In this document: piece after piece, positions 38,546-51,699 of the stretch
How the letters are laid out: each line of letters opens with the position of its first letter
How positions within the stretch are numbered: position 1 is the first letter of the stretch
Notes under the pieces: model-generated
The model's database searches: none
What the model saw: the letters and a program-made list of their open reading frames with translations, nothing else
Told to the model about the DNA's origin: nothing
Assembly (NCBI GenBank): GCA_964187785.1
Contig: OZ076409.1
Location: forward strand, 95,234,001 to 95,298,000
Origin: Amphiscolops sp. MND2022
Taxonomy: Eukaryota
Reading direction: 5' to 3'
DNA length: 64,000 nt
Program-made: the position numbers and the translations under genes

Positions 38546-40553
38546 GGATTCCGGACGTTTCGGCACAAGACGTTTCGGCAACAAGATGGCGGAAGACGTT
38601 TCGGCAACTTTTTGTTGCCGAAACGTCTTTGGTGCCGAAACGTCTTTTTCTAAAGTCAAATTTTGGAAAAATGAAATGAAAAGAATTATGTACCGAAAAC
38701 ATTGATTCAATTGATGAATATATGAACAACAATAAATGAATTGAGAAGAAAAAAATAACAAGAACAGAAAGTTGAGTTGTTATTATGAACTGAAATGTTG
38801 AGAGCTGTTATTATGAAATGAATCAGTAAACAAGTGAATGTTTCAGAAGTTTGGAATTGTTTCGAGTCAATGGAATTGGTGCACGCAAAATGAAATATCC
38901 TTCAGCAGCTGGGTGGCGTCGATCGTGCCTTCCTTGTACGTTTTCCATAATTTAATTATACCAGATTGAGTAGTTTGAGACTCCTTGCGCTGATACCGGT
39001 AAACTTGTCCTTTGCTCAACAACTCAGTAGTGATAATAACCAGTTTGGATTCATCCTGCAACAGGCGAACGAGTACGTAAAATTGTAAGGAATTACGACC
39101 AGCTTTGCTATTTAAGCGGCGATGATATCCTTCAGCGTCATTGTTGGTGCGAATAGGACGATCGTATACATTGACATCATTAATACTCCAAATTGAATGC
39201 GATAACCAGGTTTTAGCGTAATAATCGAATAAGGCAGTAAGGGCTGGATCGGTAGCAAACGAATTAGCAAGCACTTCATACTGCTCCATGACACACACAG
39301 ATGGTAGGAAAATAAGTCCCATCAGCTTTCGACACACCAATTTAGTTCCTGTGTCGTTTTGATAACGAACACCTTATCCAAGCTCAGCAACTTTTCCATA
39401 AATTGCCTGACAGTGATGAAACGCACATCCTTTCATTCTGACATTGGGATACACTGAACGGCACGCAGTCCATACTGATGCCTCAAAATCTGCAACAATC
39501 TCCAATGGCGAAACACCGGCTAATTCGTTAAGCTTCTGGAGAACTACAGCATAATCAGACTTCCGACGACCGGACATCAAAACATAAAGTAAAGGAACTT
39601 GCTTATACTTGCTACCGCTGGAAATAAAGGCATGAATTATCCAAAGCTGTCTGAAGGGTTGCTTAACTACCTTGAAGGTGGCATCCACATACCAGTAGTC
39701 AGCTCTTCCTAAAATAAGAAGCTGCTCCGGTGTGGCGAATACCAAGTGTCGGCGGTCCTTAAACTTGATATCGGCTTGAAGAAACCCAGCCACTTTCGAC
39801 TGATCAATGTCAAAAAAGAGTGAAAAAGGTTCCCCAGGACGATCACGTTGTCTTGATCGGTTAATAGCTCGTGCAAGGGCCGACGTGGCAACCGGTAAAT
39901 TTTTTGCAATTGTTGACTCAGCAATTGTTCCAGCTGATTCGAAGACGTTTTTTCTTCCCCTGGCCTGACCCGAGCGATAAACGATTGTTTTCGATATCTT
40001 TGAGAGATCAGGAGAATGGTTGTGATGGCTTGATCCATGCTTGATTTCATCTCCCGTCTGGGCGACTGTTGCATTACAATAGGATTTCGAGCTCCGCTCC
40101 GTACAACGCCAGTATGTCGTACTACCGGACTTATTTTTCCTTAAGACCGTATAGGAAAAACCTTGATTTGAGACCAACATATCATTTCCTCTTTTCGTTC
40201 CGGATTTTAATATTTCATAATCGATTTTATCTGGGAGCACCACTTCACGTGGCGGTGGATCTTGCAACTGACCAAATACGTTGGATCGTCGAAGCTCCGA
40301 AATAACTATGCTCTCTGTTGGGTCCTCCTCATCACTACTGGGAAAATACTCCTCAAAGATGATCATATCATCCATTTTTATCTAAAACAGACCAATAGTA
40401 AACAACTTGAGACAAATCAGGAAACGTTTCGAGACGTTTCGGCAACAACTTCAGAATCACAGGGGGTGGAAGACGTTTCGGCAACTTTTTGTTGCCGAAA
40501 CGTCCGCCGCCATCTTGTTGCCGAAACGTCTTGTGCCGAAACGTCTTGTTCCC
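38546..40553 (-). mobile_element. Mutator-like (MULE, Phantom-type) DNA transposon nested in the LTR
   Basis: 8-bp TSD AAAGGGAC (single copy in the empty LTR); TIRs built from GACGTTTCGGCA repeats; transposase inside. Confidence 0.95.
38867..40375 (-). pseudogene. FLYWCH + MULE DDE transposase with one in-frame stop (39376-39374)
   Basis: GFSY..YWRC..C..H.H FLYWCH, WYVDATFK, ADFE, GCAFH, RTNNDAEGYH; both ORFs in the same frame. Confidence 0.9.
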
Positions 40554-41399
40554 AAAGGGACTTTTCCTATACGCCTAAGGAGTCTCCTCAGTTAGAGCTC
40601 CGAGGCGACGTGCCGGCTCTCTCAAAGTCCGGACACGTCCCACAAGCCTGTAAAAACAATTCCTAATGTTCCTGCGTGTTCCTACATACCTCCGAGGTCC
40701 AAAAACAGGGGTTTAGCCAAAGTGCATTCAATTAGTGAATAACGTCTAAACTGGGTGAAATAAGGGGTAAAACATCACCAAACATCTACAAAAACCGCAA
40801 ATATGGTACAATAGATTCAGAAAACATCAGGCGTCAGTGTCAGCGAGCCTTGGTCTTGGACCTACTAGGTGGCACACGCAAAATATGCGAACTTCTGAGT
40901 TTCTTCATCTCTTGGGCCATTCTTCGGGTTCTGCTGGCAGCTGGGACGTCTTCCGAGGGAGATGGCACAACACGGCGATTTCGGGGATACTTCTGTGACG
41001 GTGTGTTCTCTCTCGGGTAGGGTGGGGGTGGTTTGCACTTTTTTTCATCATCCTTTTCAATTTTCAGTACCTGTCAGGTCGGCCATCTTGATTTAGAAAT
41101 TTTGCTATCGCACATTTCATCGAATTTTTGTGACGTCTTTTTGCTGGACGTTACAAAGACTTGGAAGCAAACTTACGTTTGTCATTTTACCATACTTTTG
41201 TTTTTGCAAATGAATCTTTTTCTGTAAATGCGACAGATCTGCCTGCCCCGGTTGACATGTTGTTCATGCATTATTTCATGGCATTCATGTCCTTCACTTC
41301 CGTTGAAATATTTTTCCGGTGTCTGTTTTCACAGTATTTTCGGCTTTCTAATCAAGTTTTGCATGTCAGATTGAAATTTACCTTAGAATGATTTTCGAT

Positions 41400-44300
41400 G
41401 TGACTTTTTTTCAGCCAAGTTCAATGGATATTTAACCGGAAATTGTTCTTTGGTGGTTTTGTTCCGACGACCTTTACTTCCGAAGCGGTTTTTTTTCAAA
41501 TTTTGTCCTCTCCATCACCATATGATGGGTAATGTGGCCATCCGCATCCCGGTCGACAAATATCCGGAATTTTGGTCTTTGTGGTGAAATGGACAGTTCT
41601 GACCAGTCTGATAAAAATGGGTGTCCGTCTTTTAGAATGTTTCAAGTTTGGTTCTTCACTTTCTACTGTGACGAAGTTTCAACTGTGTCTTTTTCAACCC
41701 AAGTTTAAGTGCTCTGTTACGTCTTTCCATTATACCCTTTCCGTCCTCTGAGTTCGCAGTTTTCAGATTTTTCGTTGTTTGTATTGCTCGTTCTATCGTT
41801 CCGTTTCCGGTGAGGCATTCGAGGTGTACAGCAACCATTTCCAATGTTTCGGTTTTAACAAAAGTTTTTGAAGTCGTTGGAAATGAATTTGTCATTTCTT
41901 GGATGTAATTTTCACTGGTATTGCGTATAGATTGTAGTTTCTTAATAGAAAATTGATAACTCATGTTGTTTCGAACGTTTCGCAAGTTTTTTCTGTAGCG
42001 TGTTTACTAAAACGATACTGCAAATAGATTTTGTTCCTCTCCTTCTCTGTTCAATTTTTGTTTTATAACATTCCTATAGAGTCGATTGTAGTCCCGGTCC
42101 AAATAAAGTTTTCAATTTCTGTAGTGTTGTTTTGTTTTTGGAATCTGATGTTTAGGGCCTTACCTGTTGCAAGGCTCACTATCCTGCTGCTCACTCTTTC
42201 AATATCTGCTCAATATCTTTTCCGTAACTCCGGCCACCAAATTATATTTGCTTTGGCATGACCGACATGACCGAAATGGAAAATATTTGGTAGTCTTTTG
42301 CGTAGATCGTACAGGAGGTCTATTTGGTTATCCACAAAAATCAGACCCTAGCGGTTTGACTTTTCCTTGAACAGGTTTGTAATCCTCCGGTGGTGTTTCA
42401 TTTCCTTTTTGGTTGCAGTTCTTGAGATCAGGGTTTTCAAGTCTAGCGTGAAATCAAATTCGAGTTTTTTAATGCACTCCTCGGTTAGCTATTTCTTCGC
42501 TGTTAACCACTACATGGTTGATTTGTATATAGTGAGTTTCTTTCCCATCGGTGCGGTATTTGCCAAAATTTACTATCGACAGAGTGTCTACGCTCATAAT
42601 CAGACTGTCTTTTTGTCCAACATTTTTTTCGGGTTTTGGCTTCTTCCTCGTCTTCTAGTAGCCGCAGTGGCTCGTATCCGCCTCCTGTTTGATTAGCTCT
42701 ATGTATGATCTCCGCATCGTTCTCGGTAATTTCTTCACGGCTTGTTCAGTTTGGTCTTGATAATTCGAATTTTGTTCTTCGTAACTGAGGGCATATCTTC
42801 TCCGCATATCTCCCAATCATGCAAGCGCCCCTTTTTTTATACTAACCTCCTCAATTCTTGGCTGTTGTTTTTTTTCGGTTTTCGATGCAAAATATCGAAA
42901 ATCTCCCAGGTTGCTCTCCAATGATAACAATTTTTGCTAGTTTTTTCTGATCAAATCTATCTTTTCAATTGAACTTGCATTCACGGTGCTAATGTCGGAC
43001 TGCCCAGAAGTAGCCGTTTCAGTCTTTCGGTTTTTGTGCACATGGTGTTCGTTCTGGAATGTTTTATTTGTTTTTGATTGGTCTCCTCCTCTCTCCATTC
43101 TTTCTTCGAATGTGTTCATTTTACCTTCGGCTTCCGAGGTCTTGTCTTGTGATTGTGTAACGAACAACGAACTATTTGTCTCGTTCAATACCGCCTGTTC
43201 GGTTAAAATGTTACTCATGTCTTTTGTGTCGTATTTCTGTTTCAATGTCCCTCCTGTTTCAATGAGTCTGTCCGTTTTTTCCAAAAGCCTCGGTTCACAT
43301 TTTGCTGAATAATGAATTGCTCAGAGAAAGATTTTTGTTCCTCTGTTGTTTTCAGTTGTTTTCAATTCAGTTTTGCTCTGACGTTTTTCTCAATCAGTAC
43401 AACTCCGTTTTTTATTTGGTTCGTTTCACAATAACATTTGTTGCTTCAAAATTATCTTGGACGTTTTTTGCTGGCCCAATAGTCATTTTTTTCAAGTTCT
43501 GATAATACATCAAAAAGTTTTTCCATGCTTTTGTTTATGTCATGCTCTTGGGTGGGACTTTAACAATGTCATGTGAACTTGCCGGTGTACCACATTCTAA
43601 TGTTTGGACAATTTTTGCAAATTCGTAGGCATATGGGTTCGTTCGTTATTTTTTTTCATGAGTCTCTACTGTCAACTGATTTTCGCCACGGTTCAAGCAA
43701 ATACCTGTGTACAAATTTTGCTTGAACTTCGGAAAGTTTCAATAACCGTATGAACAATCGAAATCACTTTTTGAAACAAATAAAATTACTGCTCGGACTC
43801 TTTTACATTTCTTTATACAGCTATCAATCAAGTTTCAGAAATCGAATGTGACTTTCACAGATTTGACTTTTTGACTGTGGTTATTATCTATGATATGAAA
43901 CAACCTTGATCCTCGTTACTTACTTTTTTCCAAGTGTCCAGCTTTTATCTGGTTTCAAATTCTTCTCCTACAATCTTTCGTAGGTGTATTGGTATTGATT
44001 GGGCGTTCTGTTTGATCGGATATTGTGTCGGTTCCAACTTTGTATTTCTCTCGGTGTCTTTTTTTGTCCAGATTTTTCAAATAAATTGGAAGTTTTCTAA
44101 GTTCTTTTTTCTTTTCTGATTGATTGGATGTTGTCGGCTACTTCTTTGCTTCCGCTTGGTAGTTTAAGCTAATCATTCAGCCCATTCAGAGAAGTGCTGT
44201 CTTGTCTGTTTTTAGGCTTTTCAGTATTTCCATCTTTTGTTTGTTGCTTTCGTATGCAAAGTTTAGCGGCACCTTCCCTGAAATTTTACATTTTTGAAAC

Positions 44301-44917
44301 TTCTTTGTATGGGTTCGGTATGTTACATTTTGGCATTTTTCAGTCCTCGTTCGTCTGATGTCATTATCGTTACTAGTGAGCCGGCATTTAATATGATTTC
44401 TTCTATCATTCTGTTCACTTTGTTGTCGCTGTATAAGGTTTCTGTTTGTTTCGATACGTATTAGTTTGTTCTATACGGTTTACACACTCGTCTGAATCAT
44501 TCCTTGATTCGATCGGTTGGTATTTGTTTCTTCGTTACGTTATCTCACTCTCCGTTTACTGTTATTTCGTTGTTTGCGTGCCCTTGCGTAATGGTCCTTC
44601 TTTTCCATTCTTGGTAAAGTGATTGTAGTGCGGGACATTTGTGAACTGGGCTCCAATTGGACGTCGCAAAATCTCCACGGTCGGTTTTCGTTAAAGCTGT
44701 TCTTCTGTCACATCTTCGCTTTTCAATAGCATTGCTTTATCTATTCTGTTTTTGCGTTTCGTGATTTCCCAGCTTCTCTCCAACCACTGCTGACTTGGTG
44801 TGAATACCGGGTTCCCGTTCAAAGCCTCTGCTTCTAGGTTTGGTGCGATGTTTCGCTCAGCCATTGTTCGTATTAATAAGAAGCTCGTTTACTTTGTTTA
44901 AAAATGCATGACAACCA
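41400..44917 (-). pseudogene. Heavily degraded Ty3/Gypsy internal region (gag to integrase remnants)
   Basis: Start MAERNIAPNLEAEAL at 44864; integrase-like GNGTIERAIQT; strong purine skew; many stops and frameshifts; boundaries approximate. Confidence 0.6.
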
Positions 44918-45197
44918 CATGTTGTGTTCCTGTATTGAAGAAAGATGTCTACTTTCTTCTTTGTATACTAAAATATAAAAAAACATCAGCATGAATTGAT
45001 AAAACTGTGTTGTATCTTCATTTTCAATGTTTTTTTTTCAACAATAGCCAGGTAATGTCTGTAACTGATACTCGGTTGGTCATATTTCACTGTCGAACCG
45101 AATGACAAAAGGAAACACGGTTCAGTTAAGCTTATGTCAAAAATGGTTCCGAAATGTTCGTCTAATGAAATATTCAAAGTCGACATTTTCCTATATT

Positions 45198-46127
45198 TTA
45201 CTTGAAGTCCTTCGATACGGCTGGTTGCAGCAAACAGCGCCTTGACAACTTTGACAATGTCAACTTGCTGTCAACCAGTGCTAAAGTTTTGTCCCAGAAA
45301 GAAAAACAGTGCATGTTTTCACTTCTGATTGAAAGTAGTGTGAGCGTGGGGAGCGTTGTCAGACTGCCACTTGATGACACTGCTGCGCCGCATGTGCTTG
45401 GTGGCTGTAACTCCACGATCTTGCCCCGACATCTATTCATGGCTTCTTTGACTGACATAAACACATCAGCTGCAGCCTCCACGTCGGATACTAGGTCGTC
45501 GTAGTCGATGCATTCTTATCAGACAGGATCTTGCGACAATCCCTGAGAAATTCCAATGTGGCTTGGACATCCTCGAGTGATTCACCGGCTTGGTGGATTG
45601 CAGTTCCCCGTCTAGTAAGAGCGCTGTGATGAGCTCCTCTTCATTGCTTCAGTTGGCGCCATTCCAACAAACTTCTGTATTTTCTGCTCTTGGCACCACG
45701 TCGAGGTCACCAATGTTTCAGTGTAACTATCGAGGAAGCTACAACCGGAGAACGCAAGAAAAAAATGCAAACTTGAGAGATTGAGGGTACTCAAAATTGA
45801 GTTTGAGCTCCTGAAGATTTGGGTTTGTCTCAAAGCAAGAGGTCTGTATTTGATAACGTTTTTTGAAGGTATGAAAGTGAGACAACTGATATAAGAAATA
45901 GAATTAAGAGGATTGGTTATTACTTGATTGCTGGCTAGCATTTTAAGCATTTACAGCCAAAGCGACAACAAAAAGATCTCAAAAAGTTGTATACATGTGT
46001 TTAAATGTTATGTCTATCAAAAGGAGCAACAATCTGTTTAGTGTATAAAGGTGAACTGAACAATTTAAGGTGAAATAGTATTGCGTGCAATGTTGGAGTT
46101 CAATGGAAATAAATCAGAGAACAAACA
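45198..46127 (-). mobile_element. BEL/Pao 5' fragment: LTR end, tRNA-Trp PBS, decayed gag
   Basis: AACA-T-TGGTGACCTCGACGTG (45712-45697); LPTLTL..FSFWDK..LVDSK..LS resembles BEL gag; LTR 5' end guessed. Confidence 0.6.
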
Positions 46128-47356
46128 TTTAAAAAATGCACCACCACGTTTTCTAACTCGCTCAGATCGGTTCGAAAGCAAAGATTGACCCACTATACTA
46201 AGACTAATAGTGTTACGCGATCATCTTGATGTCATACGCCAACAGAGGTTAATCGATTTAGGGAGAAAAAAGTCGTCACGGACTCGAGTCCCTGCTTCAG
46301 CCAGAAACGTTTTCATGAATTTGGACTATCTGACTCCATCTGACTTTTTTGACTTTGTCAGAATTGTTTTGATATTTTTTCATTGTATCCAAAGGATCCC
46401 TTTGATATTTTGCAACGGAATGGGTGTTAAATGTTCTGTTTTCGGCACTATGAGACCTGTTCCAAGTTGTCATTTTTCGACTGATTTTAGGTTTTCTCCA
46501 GATAAATTCACCAACAAATTTTTAATACCATCTAATTGATTGACATTTCATCCTAAGTATGTTGCTTTTCATCAGAGAGGTTCGAAAATATTATATTATT
46601 ATCAAAGTTTCGACGTTATATCCATAGTATATTGCATTTTACTAAAAAGCAATCGAAAGTTCGAACAAAATGCGCTTTATCCGACTTTTGACGTTATAAC
46701 CGAAGTAAATTCCGTTCTACCAACGAGGAAGCGGAGGTTACGCTATATCGAAAAGGTTGCGCTCGGTCCAAGTTTTGTTTAGGATCAGTTATTGGTTTTC
46801 TTATCAAATTGTTTTCATCAAAGCGCCCTTCGATTTGTACTGGGAACCGAAAGTTTCACGATCATTGATGGCTCCTTAGGGTATTCGGCACTTTGCGACT
46901 TCCCGGGGATATTTTTTGCGAAACAATTCGAGGAAAATTTTGAATTTTTCCCTCATTTTAAAATTTCTTCAGAGGTTTTTGGATATGCACGATGGTTTGT
47001 TTTGGCATGCTGTTTCCAGTTCCGCAAAAAGTATCGTTTGAGTCTTATGTGTATCCCTTCGGGTATTTTTTCGCACTGTAAAACTGATGAAATTTTAACA
47101 ACAGTGTCCTTTTGCTTATTTAAAAAACCTCACTTTTTGAACGTTGACCATGCGCCGACCAGGGCTGTTCGCGGCTTGTTGACATTACTGAGGCATTTTT
47201 CAAAAGATTTTCAAACGGTTTGAATGGCTAAAACAGTCAGAGAGCTCCTCGAACAAACCAGCTAGATATCCCGTACGCTGTTAGGAAGAAAGAAAAAGCC
47301 TCAAATTTACCTCAGAAATTCCAAAGAGTCACTTTCTGACTACCTTGAACGTTTTA

Positions 47357-47998
47357 TTTTAGTCAGCGCATTTAGAATTAAAACGCCCGACTATTACATT
47401 CACTGTTTTTAGTCGACATTTTTCTAGTGAAAAGTGCCCAACTATCACTGTGGCTAGTATTTAGTCGGCGCATTCTAGTAGAAAATGAGCCCGACTCTTA
47501 CAGTGGGTAATTTTTTTAGACGCGTACAGTCCACTTTTTGTTCATTTGTTCAACAACTTGATGAACTACGGAGGTTCAATACACTAAACCTCAGAAACTC
47601 GTCACTACAAAAAGAAACAAAACCGTTGTCCACAACCTCGAAAACACACTTTGGCTATCTAGGTGTTTTTCACTAGAATTTTTTCGGCGTTATGAGACTT
47701 TTTTTGAAAATTTTTCGATTGCACCAAAGGGTCCCCTTCATTTGTTTCGATAATTTGCAACACAGTGGATGTCACAAAATTCCAAAGGGTCCCCCTTTTA
47801 CATTTTTCGGCACTGTGACACGGTTCAAAAATCTCATTTTCCAATTTTTTTCTGAAAATTTTAAAAATCGCACAAGGGTCCCTCTTCATTTTCTCTCAAA
47901 GTTTGCAACCAACTGGAGTTTCACAAAGCCCAAAGGGTTCCCCTTCTACATATTTGAACCTTAGATATAGAGCCGACTTTGCCCGTTCCCGGCTTGTT
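47357..47998 (+). mobile_element. HINE family A copy with reiterated 5' ends (further fragments 46270-47180 and 48000-48920)
   Basis: Repeated ttttagtc(g/a)gcgc starts; ends gccgactttgcccgttcccggcttgtt. Confidence 0.55.
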
Positions 47999-49115
47999 TT
48001 CTTTTCTTTCGTCATCCTCACCCTGTATGTACAACTTTTTGTGCATTATGCGCTTTTCCCATAAGTATTTAGTACTTCATTTTAAACGCATCCAAAGCCT
48101 CTAAAAGCCATTCTAGAGCAGTAGGGTCCCCTTTTCCAATTTTTTCGGCGCTTTAAGACTTCCCGGTGCCCTTTTTCAGCTTTGTGAGACTCTTTTGAAA
48201 ATGTTTCAATGGCCTTTTCACTTTTTGATATTTCACAACTGAATGGATGTTGAAAAAGCCCAAAGTGTCCAACTTTTACGTTTTTCGGCACTATGAGACT
48301 GTTCAAAATTCTCATTTTTGTTTTTCTATTGAAAATTTTTCAATGACTCCTTATGGTCCCCCATCAATTTTTTTGATATTTTCCATCAAATTATAGTTTC
48401 TAAAAGCTCAAAGGGTCATCCATTTTACAATTTTAAAAACTTGTTCAACTGTAGGAGTACCTCGGAAACATATAAGTTTGTGGAAAGGTTACCTTTTCAT
48501 TTTTTATAGTTACATACAAAATCGGACGAGACTAAAGGGCCCCCCTATTGAGTTTTTTGGCACTGAAACTTTCTTTTGAATTTCTTTAATGTCTCCAAAG
48601 ATTCCCAGTTCAACTTCTTGATTTTTTGCGAGAAATTGTGCGCTCCTATTTGTCGCAGCACACTATATTCGAACTCCTGACGTTGTATCTGAAGTGAATT
48701 ACGTTTTGCTGACGAGGAGGCAATTGCTTGAAAATAGCACTCCCATCGAGTCCTGTACGCTATATCCGAACTTTTGAAACGTTTTCCGAGCACGTAGGCC
48801 ACCCTTTGGGTGTTTCGACAGTTTTTTTGCGACTTTTTCATGTAAAGAAGTCCTGAGCATATTCTAAATAGTTTGCGGTTTTTGAGCCTAAGTGAGGTGC
48901 CGAGTTGAGACGTTCCCGTATTGATAACAATTATTGAACGTTCCAAGAGACCCAAACACCCACGATTCTCAAAGACGAAGGAAACAATTATCCGGTACGC
49001 TTTTACGATGAGCAATTTGGCTTTCATAGATTTCGCCATTTTTCGATTCCATTTTCTGACCATTGTCGAAATTTTTGCTGTTTTCAAAGTTTTGAATATA
49101 CAGTGACTCACTGAG

Positions 49116-49266
49116 TGATTTTTCAGAGTAACAACATCAAATTTCTTTTCTAAAAAATTTACTGGATAGTTTGTGTCTCACTTGGAACTCGGAGTTCCAA
49201 ATGAGACACAAACTATCCAGTAAATTTTTTAGAAAAGAAATTTGATGTTGTTACTCTGAAAAATCA
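49116..49266. repeat. 151-bp near-perfect palindrome
   Basis: 75-bp arms, 1-nt spacer (49191), one mismatch. Confidence 0.95.
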
Positions 49267-50148
49267 TGCCTCCCAAAATGTGAATTTTCAAGTGTCGACC
49301 ATTTCAAAGAGTTTTTGTACAATTTTCCCTATTTTTATTTTATGAAAATCTAAATCTTTTGAAAAACAAATTTTGAAAAACAAAATTTATTCGTTGATTT
49401 ATAAGACCTGATTTCGTAAAACAATTTAGAAAGTAGTTTCGAAAATTTTAACGTCCTAAATTGTATTTTAAAAACTTGGTTGGACTGAAATCCGAATATT
49501 TTTTTGAGTCCAAAACATGTAGCTAATTTAATTTGTATCACTGTAATTCAGTTGATATAAACGGGAAAAAACTTGAAAAATAGAATTTGGGAGTTCAGCA
49601 TGTCTTCTGTATATTTGAGATCACTTCATTATTTATTTATAAAAAGCGAGAGAGTTCCAGCTATGCGTGGCATCGAAACTAAATTCAGTATCACAATGAC
49701 ACAAACGATTTTTGCTCTCAAAAGCGCGCACCTGATTTCGCATCTGGATTCAAGTGAAAGTCAACAAATTTCCAGTTTTTAAACCAACCAAAACACGGAA
49801 TACCGTTCCTGGACTAACTATAGCCCGAATTCAATGCATTGTTTGCAGTTGGGGAGGGGGGTTTTTGAGTTTCCAGTTGGATACATTTTGTTTAATTAAA
49901 ATTTCATCTGATAAAAGGGAGCTAGAGTTTTGAAAAACAAGTTTAAATTTTTCATCCATCCCTGTTGAAAAACGTATGTGGGCTTCGTGCATGGTCAACA
50001 GAAAGTACTTGAGTCGAGTATAAAATTCACAGGTGTGAATAAATTCGGCCTAATTAATCTCCCAGCTACCATTTTTCCATTTATACCTCCAGAATTTGGT
50101 GAGGGAAAATTACATGGAACGATGGTACAGCCATTTAAACCGTACAAA

Positions 50149-50194
50149 ATGCTGATGCTATGCCAAATTTTAATTCCAGTCCTTTTCCACGAGG
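50149..50194 (+). CDS. Probable first coding exon (signal peptide) of secreted protein gene
   Basis: AAAATG context; MLMLCQILIPVLFHE; G|GTTAGT phase-1 donor matches phase-1 exon at 54108. Confidence 0.55.
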
Positions 50195-51440
50195 GTTAGT
50201 TTTCACCCAAATTGTAAATTTTGGAATTTTGAAAAACAGCATTTTTAAATTATTTGAAAAAGCAACTATATCGCTTAAACTAAATAGCTGAAAATATCGT
50301 GTAATGCAGTTGGAGCTGACTATTCGAATAATTTATAAAGTTTCTAGCACGTTTTATTTGTTAGAATTTTTCATAAAAACTCTCCGTACAGTTCAATTCT
50401 CCAAAGATTTTACCTATTTCAATCAGCGCTTGGAAAGTGACTGTTTTCCGATTTAACTTGTGACTTAAACCATCGGTTACGCAATTCAGATGAAAAATAT
50501 GATTATCAAAAACCTCAGGTGATTATGAGATTTGTTTAATTAATTTTGTGGATTTTGACTCAAATTTAACTGAATAATACAGGGCTGTGAGAAAAGCTAG
50601 GCATTACACCGCTGCGCAAAAATTGCATTAAAACCATTCCAACTTTAAGTATTTCAAATCGTTGCTTTCTTGTAAACGAAGGCGGTTTGGAGAACTTTTT
50701 TAAACCTCAAATACTGGTAGAAAAAATGGATTCCTTGCAAAAATCTTTCTGAAAGTTTTTTTTGTGAAAGCCAACTTGTGAAAATCATATTGAGAAATAT
50801 GTAGATTCCTAGTAATTTGCGAGAAAACGTTTTGCTTATCTCAATGCTGATTTGAAATTAATTTGACCCTGGCATCATAAACTTTCATAGGTTACATAGA
50901 GTATTTTCCGCCCATGTATCTCCCAATCGCGTTTTTCGTCATTTTCTAAACATAGGTTTGTATTCAAACCATAGAGCTCCTTTCATAGAATTCAACGTCA
51001 CAAAAAATGTTTTGTATCATGTTTTTGAATTTTCTTACTAATTCTATGATGAACTATTAAAGTGTTGTTTTTCTGTATTCAATAACCTCGACGGTACACA
51101 TCGAATTGAAAAATTAACAAAAATTTGGCAGCCTTCTCCTCAAAAAATTGCCACAGCCTAAATAGGTTTTCAGTGAAAAAACTTCTATATTCGTTTTCAA
51201 TGGTGGCCTACTGTCTTACTAGAGTACACTGTAACTTCAGAAAGTTTCTCAGTTATTGAGAAAAAGCAAATTTTTTGAAATGTATTTCTTTCAAATTTTC
51301 ACTATTTTCCAGATACGGAGATAAATTATAATGACACAAATAACAACTCACCCCAGTTAGCCCAATACATTGTTGATAAGATTGTCTTCTATGTTTTCTT
51401 GCCTCGTGAATTTTTGTTGATTGCGAAAAAATTGCTGTTC

Positions 51441-51658
51441 TCATTGGAGGACGAAATCGTTGTCGTTGATAATCAAGTATCTCTCTGTCTGTACTGCTAG
51501 CTTCGAGTGCAGTGACGTACACTGACTTCGGCTTCTCATTGGAGGACGAAATCGTTGTCGTTGATAATCAAGTATCTCTCTGTTTGTACTGCTAGCTTCG
51601 AGTGCAGTGACGTACACTGACTTCGGCTTCTCATTGGAGGACGAAATCGTTGTCGTTG

Positions 51659-51660
<2 letters not shown>
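51441..51660 (+). repeat. 95-bp tandem repeat (2 full copies plus a third interrupted by the LINE) containing a splice acceptor
   Basis: Units start 51441, 51536, 51631; third unit resumes at ~54076. Confidence 0.95.

Positions 51661-51699
<39 letters not shown>

Larger units (their letters stand above)
33716..41155 (-). mobile_element. Young non-autonomous LTR retroelement (LARD-like): 725-bp LTRs, ~4-kb internal region without gag/pol
   Basis: LTRs 33716-34440 and 38415-41155 (minus MULE insertion), TGTAACGTC..GACGTTACA, appear identical; PPT CCGGGGAGGA at 34450-34441; PBS at 38398-38381. Confidence 0.9.

Noticed and set aside
38554..38645. Short repeats with spacers resembling a CRISPR array (also 40420-40545, 60085-60170)
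   Set aside because: They are mirrored at transposon ends as repeat-built TIRs; no cas genes; eukaryotic context
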